In this document: positions 50,368 to 59,858 of the stretch, one piece after another
How positions within the stretch are numbered: the first letter of the stretch is position 1
How the letters are laid out: each line of letters begins with the position of its first letter
Assembly (NCBI GenBank): GCA_012026655.1
Contig: JAAILG010001935.1
Location: forward strand, 1 to 59,858
Source of the DNA: Hydrolagus affinis
Taxonomy: Eukaryota
Direction: 5' to 3'
Length of the DNA stretch: 59,858 nucleotides
The notes under the pieces: model-generated
The model's input: the letters and a program-made list of their open reading frames with translations, nothing else
The model's database searches: none
Told to the model about the DNA's origin: nothing
Translations under genes and position numbers: made by a program

Positions 50368-50640
50368 GTGGAGTCCTGTAGCTTGTGGAGTCCTGCAACT
50401 CAATGGTTAGATAATAATCCCTCAACAAAAAACGCCAGATGATAATCCCTCAACAAAAAACAATAATAAAATTGGTCATTTCATTCCACGACTATTTGTT
50501 GGACACTGCTGTGCGCAATTGGCTGCTGTGTTTTGCCCACAAATATACAGTCAATTCACTTTACAACATATTCTGTGAAGTGCTTTGAGACATCTAGAAG
50601 ATATGAAAAGTGCTATATCATATGCAAGGATTATTATTAT
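50368..50640 (+). mobile_element. (TTA)n SINE with an internal deletion and two internal duplications
   Basis: ggagtcctgcaactcaatggttaga joined directly to taataatccctc; 3' part colinear with 56700-56878. Confidence 0.88.
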
Positions 50641-52869
50641 CATCATCATATATAGTACTCACCAATACCACACACTCACACCTGAGTTTTTGGATGGAGT
50701 TCAGAAGCAGGGCTCTAACTGAATAGCACTAGCATAGATGTACATTAAAACTGAACCACAAAGCCACTATACACATTGTTGTAAGGAGTTCATTTCATAA
50801 TTAAATAGGAAGAAAATACAGGTACATTAAAAGCTAGCTCACTAAATTGCTGTGAAAATTTTTCATTAGACATGGCCAACAGCTTTGGCTCTGCTATATA
50901 ATATGCAAGGCATGCTTTAAAAGTCTTAATGCCAAAATTAAAATTAAATTTGAGTAACCAGTATAATCAAAGAGTTCTAATCTTTTAATCAGTCCACCTT
51001 ATTAAGCTTTATTATTGTACCGTTCTACTGTGTTCTGATAGAGACTCCAGTGATTGTTGTCTAACTGTATCTGCACATTTTAATATTCTGGATAATATAT
51101 TGCACTGTTACTAGAAGCTTCGAGCAACAATAAAGGGTGAGAAATGACCTTGCAACCCTAGTTTGACACATGCTGCAGAAGCTATTGCCCTCTGTTCAGC
51201 AGTTAGAAAAATATGAATTGTAAATCAGCTTTTAATTACACTGAATTAGATAAATACATCTCTCCATCATTAATTATTACAATTCCCCATATTGTAAAAA
51301 ATCTTTACCAATTATCGTGTTCAGCTTGGACAGAAAACTCGATGGCAAATATCCAGGAGCCTTGTTTATTGTTTAGTCTTAACAAATAATGACAGTCTCT
51401 CCCGATAAATTAAATGGGGTTCGTTCATACGTGGCTACTATAAAACCAGAATTATTCCTTTGAGAGCTGAATTTCCTTTTAAGAGTAAACACCTTCTTGT
51501 TTTTATGCTTCCTATCTCTTGACATCTCCTGCAACGATTGTATATTTTATTGCCACTGATTATAAATAGATTCAACCATTTGGCAGTACAGGGGCTAACT
51601 TTATTTGAACACACTGAAAGTACAGTACATGCTGAAAATTGGTCAGTATTTACCTCAACTCTGTTTCTCAAATATGTGAATATCAACCAGAAATGGCTGA
51701 GCAGAATGTTTGTTAACATCCTAAAGTATTCAACCAAGATTAAAATAATAATATTCAGAATAAATTTTGAAACAGGCAGAAATTGTGAGCCATGTAGAAA
51801 GCATTTCAATTACTATACGGACAGCGAAAATGTTAAAAGCAATTGGGAATCACAACTTATTTGGTATAGACCAGACAATGGGGCTTCACATTATCTTCTA
51901 ATGCACTTCAGATGCCTATTTATTGGACACAGCTGAGTGAAAAATGTCCGATGCTATCGCTTCCAAATACACGGGATCTGCAAACCAGCACAAATTCTGT
52001 GAACATGATATTTCATTGATATGATAGAGTGCTATATAAAATACAAGGGTTATTATTAATTATTAGTCTTTAATTATGTTCTGCATAAAAATATATTTTC
52101 TAATCTTTGCTTTCTTTTTGTGACAACCTTGGATTTGTACTCTCTGCCAATCAGTGAGTATTGTTATTTGCCTTGACATAACCCGTCTCATTCCTAATTT
52201 CTCCAGTCTCCAATTCCAAATTATTATTAAAAGCTCATTGAAAATGACACATAGATATCTAGGGCCCAGCATTGCCTTGGAAACTGGTTAACAAGCTGCA
52301 ATGCCGATCTCAACCTCACTACAGTGATATATACATTTTCACTCTCTACGAACATTAGTTTCTGATACGCTAGCTCTGGACTAGAAAGGTCATTTTTATC
52401 ATAATTTTATTTTAAAATGAGCTTAAAGCGAAGGTCATGGTATAAATAGCACAGGAACATTGTCATCTATGAATTATGAGGTTATTCTCTACAGTGTAAT
52501 ATAAATCATAACATTTACTGTGGGCTAAGTCTCCTTTTTATGTTACAAGTGTAACAAAGTTTTAAAATTATGGTACACCTATTTCATAACTTGACCCATC
52601 TTAATTTTTTTTAAACTCTGTGTTTTTTTTACTTAATAACCTCACAGTGATACTTCAGCAAAATATTGTTAATAAAATGTTTCCAATCAAACTGAAGTGG
52701 ACAAATGTCAGACTTATCTACAAGATAATCCCAGACATTGGTGTTTCTTCAGTTAAGGCTTTCTTTAAAGTAGCAATGTACAGTGGTGAAGACTGAATAA
52801 ATTATAGTCCATTTGTGGAAAAATACTAATTCATTGATATGCTACAATAACACCCTTTTACACATTATT

Positions 52870-53130
52870 GGTATGATTTTTGTAAGAGTCCCTGACCAAT
52901 CCCTTGTGAAACTGTACAACTTATTGCCTGCCAAACAGTTTCCCATTGGTCATCCTCCTTGCTTCCTACCATGTTCAATTCAACATACTAATTTGCCATT
53001 GCTTTCAATTAATTTAATAGTAACACATATGGAACTTTATCAAATGCCTTCTAAAATGCTATCACTACTTTTGTTCCCTTGCAACTACCATATCATAAAG
53101 TACACGTTGCACGAATTGACAAAAAAAACT
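52870..53130 (-). mobile_element. CR1 RT relic
   Basis: Minus strand near 53027-53056 gives F*KAFDKVPY (CR1 DFQKAFDKVPH motif). Confidence 0.5.
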
Positions 53131-54574
53131 TTTGGACAGCTGTAGAAATTAAAATAAAGAACTCAAACGGAAGAACGCATTCCAATTTTCTCTTCTGTCG
53201 TAAAGAAAAATAGTCCTAGTTCTGAAATTAATTTAGTAGAATAATCAAAAGCATCCTTTCCTGGATTTAAAACTGCAAGATGAAACTTTTGCAGTAGAAT
53301 AACACAGCTGCTGCAGTTAACACGTCTATTGCAACCTGAAAGAAGGAATATAATGATGACGATGTTTAATTGTATTGTGACAATCGAGCACATTAACATG
53401 CTACATAAACACCTTGAGTTGAGGAACTGACAAATAATCCAATTTCAGTTAAAAGCTGACCTGCTTCAGTAAACATTTCAGGACATGGCCACAGGAGAAT
53501 AAGAAGGATAATACTGAAACATTGATTTATAAGATCTATTGCTGATTAGATCAAAGTCAAGCAATGTCACAGAAGTAAGTGCGTTTTCTTCAATTGAAAT
53601 TGATAAGGCATGAAATATGACTAATGCAGATAAACTAAGTGAACTGTTTATGTAATAGAAATAAATTCTAAAATAGATTTCATGTAGCTCTGTGCACAAC
53701 TAGTTCAAATGAAATATTTTTCATTGTCATAACGACGGACTGCTGTGTCATCGACATTACAGCACGTTCAAAAAGAGAGTCTTATTGTGGACTGTTTTTA
53801 ATGCAAATTTCGTTTTCAGGCAAAATTCAAATATCTCTGTGAAAAATGTTGTTCAGTCACAGAAAATCAGTACAACTTGGATGTATCAAAATAAATATTT
53901 TCAGGTGCCCACTAGATGGTATTCAGGATGTGCTTTATTAATAAGGCCTATAGCTCTCTTCTGTTCAGACCAGTATTTCAGTTTGCTATGCTATCAATTA
54001 CCAGCTGAACCGACAAGCTTTAGAAACCTGTTTGCTAGAGCAGATTGTATGCTCCACACAGTCAGCTCTGCATACAGACTGGAGATAATCAGTCAGGAAG
54101 GGCAGTGAAATTGAACACCTACAGTTCTTATGAGTAGTCAAATTATATTTTGTTGCTTAAAGGAATTTTAAGAAGATCAGAGGCGGAATGACGCCATCAA
54201 CAATAGTTCAATGTAGTTCACTAGGCTATGATATTAAGTGAATAATTGTTAAACTTATAGCATTAAAAGAGAAAAATTTCTACTGTACTTTTTCTTTCTC
54301 TTGAAGGCCACAGTGATCAGATTCCGTCATTTTGGGGTAAATGTGCAAAAATAAACATTGGAGAAATAAAAATAGAAAAAACAGATCCATCATTATTTGA
54401 AGGATCGTGTCAGACACTTTGCCGAAAGTAAAACAGGGTGTACTGTTGGGGAGGAAGGCATGGAAGGATCTGTCACTCAGAGCCTAGAGAAGGGGATACA
54501 TTCCTATTAATATTGCTGATTTTCGCCCTCCCATAGACGCAATAGACCAATTGTAGCAAACCATCCGCAGTGCA

Positions 54575-54737
54575 AACTGAGATATAGAGTAGATGGGTAT
54601 TTGGGGAGGACAAGATTGCAAGGCTATGGAGAGAAAGCAAGCCAGTGGGATTTAGTTGGACAGCTCCTTTCGGAGCCGATGCAAATACGATGGGCTGAAT
54701 GGCCTCTTTCTGGCTGTTTGATTGTATGATTCTATGA
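54575..54737 (+). mobile_element. CR1 3' UTR/tail
   Basis: caaggctatggagagaaagc...cgatgggctgaatggcctc...tatgattctatga; reverse complement of the 5338 terminus. Confidence 0.85.
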
Positions 54738-54934
54738 TGTGCTAACTTAGTGTGAACCAAGAATCAAACTGTATCCTTCTAACCTGTGTGGTACAATGCT
54801 ACACTTGGCAGTGACGTTACCCAGTATGCTTTCAGGGAATATTTTTAGCATCATCCTAATGCATTTTGTTTATAACATTTCATGTCCTACTGGACAGTTT
54901 TCCTTCAAAGTTGCTCCTCAAACCCATCTGCTTT

Positions 54935-55025
54935 AGTTCTGGTGAAGGGTTCTGCTCAATATGTTAACCCAACTTTCCTTTTCAGATACAGATTGACCTG
55001 TCCTGTACATCCAATGTGTTCTGTT
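54935..55025 (+). mobile_element. Decayed Penelope-like terminal repeat relic
   Basis: agttctggtgaagggt...atgttaac resembles the 21436 motif, with both hammerhead core boxes mutated. Confidence 0.4.
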
Positions 55026-56534
55026 ATTGAAGCTTTGCTTTTCTCTAAACACGTTGAAAGAGTGGATCAGCGTTCTTAAGTGCTATCTTCGCAAACACAA
55101 ATATACTAATTATTGCTGAATAGATTTGATTAGCAACTGCATTGACCTATGCAGAGAAGAACACAACCATCCCATTTCAGCAAGTATATTTTCAGATTAC
55201 AGATTAGTTTTAGCTACAGTATACAAAATGTTAAGCATATATCTTCAGGCAGAATATAGAAAGAGAAAAACAGTTCCATATGTAAGTGGAAAGCACAGCA
55301 AACATATCACTAAATACAAGAAATGTGAATTCTTTATGTCAAATATAGATAATGGAAGAAGCTAGAAGCTATTGTTATATTGATTTGCTATACAGCACCT
55401 TCTAACATCAGAAGAAAATGCCATGCATGCTTTATGTATGACTGGCTGATCTGCAACAATTTCAGGGAAAATTCAATTCACGCATAATTAATTTTTCTAA
55501 ATCACGTCTTGAAAAACCTTGTGCAATGCACATACAAATTGCCAGATCCATGGAAATCCACTGTGAATTTCAAAGAGTACTCAGTGATAAAGCTCAAGGT
55601 ATCAGAATTTTTGCAGTACATTAAGATAACAAAGGACTTGTGGTATTCTACACTATTCATTATAAGGAAGGTTTCAATATGCACCTATAATGGAAAATCT
55701 CATTAGAAGAGCAAATCAGGTGAATTCACCTCACTTAGTGAAGCAATCAGAGTAACCCCCAAAGAGAGGAATTGTATCATCACTATTGGGTATCACTATT
55801 ACCTGCTCATTACTGATAGTGACAGAATGCAGCAAAGCACAACAAACATTGCTCTATTTTGTAGGGCACTGGGTAAATTAATGGGGTTTAGGAAATAGCA
55901 GCAGCCCAAATTTGACATAGATACCTGAACCAGAAATAACTCACCTCTGATACACATCTACTATGCCTACATAGCTGGAGGGGAAACAATGTAGATTGAA
56001 GCTATGGGATGTTGTTGACCAGGAAGACATAGTTATACTTGCAGCTCCTTATACTTCCAAGCGCTCTGGGGCGCTGCCCTGTTTGAGGGGTGCTATACAA
56101 ATGCAAGTTATTTAACCAATTGTGGCCTGTTAAAAAAACAACCTGATTTCAAAATTTTGAGCACGCTAGCAATTTTTATATCTTCTATTAACCTTTTAAA
56201 TAAAACGGTTCTTTAAAGAATTCTTGACATTTCATTAGACCAACAAGAATGTGTATTTTTTTAAAAAATTGGGAGTCATCAACAGATTTCAAGTGAAAAG
56301 ATCTGGCCACCTCCGGCTCCAATGTCGGAAGAAATATCTCTGCCGTAAACATTTGTGAGAGTATTTCCACCGAGGTCTAGACTTACTCAATATACTTGGT
56401 TAGCATTTTAGATCAACCAGAATTTGGCAAATGGTGCAATTCACTCACATTAAAGACATTTTATTTGTGAATTACAGCAAACTGGCTTCAAAGTGAGTGA
56501 ATTCCATAATTCTCCCACATCAATGATCAGATCT

Positions 56535-56878
56535 GGAGCTCCTGTGGCTCAGTGGTTAGAGCACTTGTCTTGCAAGCTGGGAGACTAAGCTGGGGAGACC
56601 TGTGTTCGAATCCAGGCAGGTCAGGGCGAAACCTTGGGCAAGTTTCCTTACTCCACACGCCTAATAATAATCCCTCCAAAAAAACCACAATAATAAAATC
56701 AGTCATTTCAATCCACGACTGTGTGTGGGACACTGCTGTGCGCAATTGGCTGCCGCAATTCACCCACAAATATATACAGTCAATTCACTTTACAGTATAT
56801 TCTGTGAAGCGCTTTGGGACGTCGATAAGATGTGGAAAGTGCTATATCAAATGCAAGGATTATTATTATTATTATTAT
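56535..56878 (+). mobile_element. Full-length tRNA-Ala-derived SINE with Pol III A/B boxes and (TTA)n tail
   Basis: A box TGGCTCAGTGG 56545-56555; anticodon-like loop cttgcaa (TGC); B box GTTCGAATCC 56604-56613; L2-like tail gtgctatatcaaatgcaagga then (tta)n. Confidence 0.93.
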
Positions 56879-58633
56879 CTCTGTCAACTCCGAGTGAGAT
56901 AACCAATTTGTGGTAAACCATGAGATTTAAATCATGAACATTCCCATACTGCAGCTTTGCACATAAACCAAAAGAATAGGTTGAAGTGGCCTAAACTCAA
57001 TTCCTAAAGAGTTTTTTTTATCATGAACCTGATTTTGATTCAAACCGGATCTCAAGCAATACAAGAACAACGTCCTGATCCAGTGCTTCACTCTGTAGAG
57101 AAGATGAAAAGTAATACATTAGTACCATGACACATAATCATCACTTGTGAGGCAGGCAGTACGTCACTTCCTGCTCTATGTACAAACAGGATGAAGTGTT
57201 TTGTGGAATAGAACCTAGTTTCAGCTCCTCTCCCCAAATTGGGGAGAAGTGAGCAGCCATGAGGCAGAGACAAGGTAACAGAGTTGAGTGACAGTGTAAA
57301 AAAAAACTAAATCAAAATGAAATGAAAGGGAAGAGACAGATTATCTCATTTCGTGATAGTTTCTGTTTTATGCAACCTTGGGGACAAATTTTCATTGGTG
57401 GGATAGCCTCTAATTATAGACCTCCAGCAGTGATACTAAAATCAATCAGTGTCCTGATCTTCATGAATAATGCAGCAATGAAAATACAATTTAACCCAAC
57501 AGTAATGCTTAACATCTATAAAAGATTGCAGTGCAAAACGATTCCAAACCACAGTCCTTATTCTGCTCTTTGTTTCCTAGTAATAACATACGATTATAAT
57601 AAGAGAATGCGATGCACAACTTTGGGCTGGTCAAGTTGATATGCCTGAGGAATGTACAAACCAAGGAGTGTTACGTTCCTTCATGAATCACATCGATCGC
57701 TGCAAGCCCTGCATCTCGACTTTTAATGACACCCAGCAGATCTATGTTTGTATCTTTAATCTCAGCAGACACGGTTAATTTAAATGCAGCAATTCGGGAT
57801 CGTGTGACCAGTCAGTGATCAGAATTTACAACAGCAAAAAAAAAGCATGTCAATTGCCTCTACATGGTATAAAATGGTATAAATCATAGCTGACATTTCT
57901 GGAGTAACATCAGCAGGCAAATAGGTGTGTTTATTTGGTTTTGCTGAGTGTTAAGAAATGACTCATTGTTATTACAAAGTTTCACATTTTCAAGGTTATA
58001 CAGTTGCCAAGATGTATGAGTTTGGTACTTTTTTTTGCTTCTTAAGTTGCACAGACTGAATAAGGTTGCTGAAAAAAAAACAGGTTTTCCGCTAGAATCT
58101 TAATCAGTGTGACAGTGACTGAAAGCAGAGGGTTTTGCCAACTGTCAGCTATCACACTGATCACTCACTAATTAAAACGCAAAGGAAGTTGATTAAGAAA
58201 TGCTTCACCCTAACCCATCCTGCATGGGAATGAATTTAAAGTGCTAAAAATCTGGCACAATCTGCATCTCCATGTGCATGATAAATGTATTGCCCTTTTA
58301 CAGGAATGCCGACAAAAGTGCCTAATTCAGCCATAAATATGAAAAGTGCAATAAAAATGAAACAATTATGATATCTTCTACTTACAGATCATTGGCTCTG
58401 GTGGTAGTGATATAGTTATAGGAGACTATAACTAGTTATTAGCTAAATATTCCTATGTACTATGTACTGGAGAAGACACTAGAAAATAATATGATTAATA
58501 GCAGTACAACAATCAATCATATTTGAAAAGAATACAAATGTAAGACTTTCTTAACTAATGATTGATTATGTGCTAGACCACAATTTTCAGTGTTTGTTTG
58601 GTTTCCACTAGTAATACCTTAGTAATCTGTACC

Positions 58634-58698
58634 CAGCACAGACATAATGGGATGAATGGCCTTCTTCAGTAATATTGCAATCAATTTTTGTGGTTCAA
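58634..58698 (+). mobile_element. CR1 tail relic
   Basis: cagcacagacataatgggatgaatggccttctt. Confidence 0.55.
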
Positions 58699-59406
58699 TG
58701 TAACATTTATATTGCGGCTCAGGTTTGAGAACAACCAGATACAATCGCTCCTTTATTAAAAGTTGCTCTGTCAATTAAAAAGTTACGTTATCCATTCAGA
58801 CCAGAATTATAAAGTCAGTCCCTGATATTTCATTCATAACAAGGTGTGAATGAAACAACGTTGTTTACAGAAATGTGGCTACAGTCAAGAACAATGTATT
58901 GTATTCTGCCCCATGAATAGCTTATTGGAGTTAAAGAAAAATGACCTTGGATATAGTTGAAAATTGAAATTGGTGATCTGCATTAGAAGTATGCATGCCA
59001 CAGATAAAGCTGAAACTGAGCACTATAATAAACCATGATGGTTAATGTTAGAGACTATTTAGTTTGGTTCAAATACCTTCTCTGTCACACGGCAGGCCTA
59101 ATATTTGCCTCTACCTTAGACAGGGTGTTGCTCTATTGTATGTTGGAAGCTGATGGCCTGGCCCAATGAAGTACATGACAACTTCATTCCATTGTGCCTT
59201 TACTTTCCTTTTGTTTAATTTCCTGGCAAATGTTTGCCATCATTTAAAATTTTATGTCAGGGAATGATTTAATGTGTTTCATCACAATGGTCTCAAAGTA
59301 GAGTGATATACTGAGCATAGGCTGGTGGGGCCCTGCTCATTGCATGGGCTTAAGGAACAAGACCCAGAGCGTGGAAGGTGACTTGGCAGAAGAGAAAGGC
59401 TCCCTT

Positions 59407-59545
59407 ACAACAACAGCAACAACTTGTATTTATATAGCACCACTCACGCATCACAGAAAGCTGGACAGTGGGCGGAGCAGGGCAACAACCTGGGGGAAGT
59501 GGGGAGGTAACTGTGGGCAAGGTCGAAGAGGAAGGTCTTCAGGCA
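59407..59545 (-). mobile_element. L2 3' fragment
   Basis: acaacaacagcaacaacttgtatttatatagcacc tail; ggtcgaagaggaaggtcttcaggca matches the reverse complement of tgcctcaagaccctcctcttcgac near 9967. Confidence 0.75.
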
Positions 59546-59626
59546 CAATAATAACATTTAATATAGCAAGGATATCAAATGCAAGGATTACTGTTATTAT
59601 TGTGCCTGAAGATGTCGTCTAGATGT

Positions 59627-59858
59627 TAGGGTCCGGCGATATATCGATATATCGCTAAAACCCGATATAGTTTTCATATCGATACGCCGGTATAGGCATT
59701 TAAAAAATCGGAATGCGCGCACACTGAACTACAAGACCCAGAATGCTCATCTCTATACACAATGGACAGACTGAGGTGCAAAGCCGCCATATTGTATTCA
59801 TAGTCCTCGAATACAATATACAGGTATGCAAGGGGTGAGGGGGGAGAGAAGGCTGGGG
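59627..59858. mobile_element. Left end of a hAT(Ac)-like DNA transposon, running off the window
   Basis: TAGGGTCCGGCGATATATCGATATATCG with subterminal CGATAT/ATATCG repeats resembles TAGGG-type hAT termini; abrupt CpG enrichment. Confidence 0.7.

Noticed and set aside
51438-51936. 123-aa and 132-aa ORFs
   Set aside because: AT-rich composition-driven ORFs with no motif
56535-56620. tRNA-Ala-like sequence
   Set aside because: It is a SINE head: no proper acceptor stem, an internal duplication, and continuation into the SINE body
1-59858. Prokaryotic systems (operons, CRISPR array, phage) and well-known vertebrate miRNAs
   Set aside because: Low coding density and vertebrate retroposons; no regularly spaced repeats; no full match to the mature miRNAs I checked from memory (the check was not exhaustive)

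Overview
AT-rich, CpG-poor eukaryotic non-coding DNA (intergenic or a large intron). I found no recognisable host protein-coding exon, rRNA, true tRNA, known miRNA or CRISPR array. The only ORF-track peptides I recognise are LINE remnants. The retroposon content points to a cartilaginous fish, most likely a holocephalan such as Callorhinchus (inference, not verified): CR1 and L2 LINE 3' fragments, DeuSINE/SacSINE1-like SINEs, and an abundant tRNA-Ala-headed SINE ending in (TTA)n. A CpG-rich hAT-like DNA transposon end runs off the right edge. The best second-look items are a Penelope-type minimal hammerhead ribozyme relic (21436-21472, minus), ZNF143 and YY1 motifs inside the hAT-like end, an apparent head swap between the two SINE families, several hairpins in unique sequence (25870, 58103, 59536), a local 66-bp duplication and a candidate 42-nt exon. 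I cannot support a wholly new biological system from this sequence alone. Boundaries of decayed repeats are approximate, and family names come from recalled consensus motifs, not database searches.
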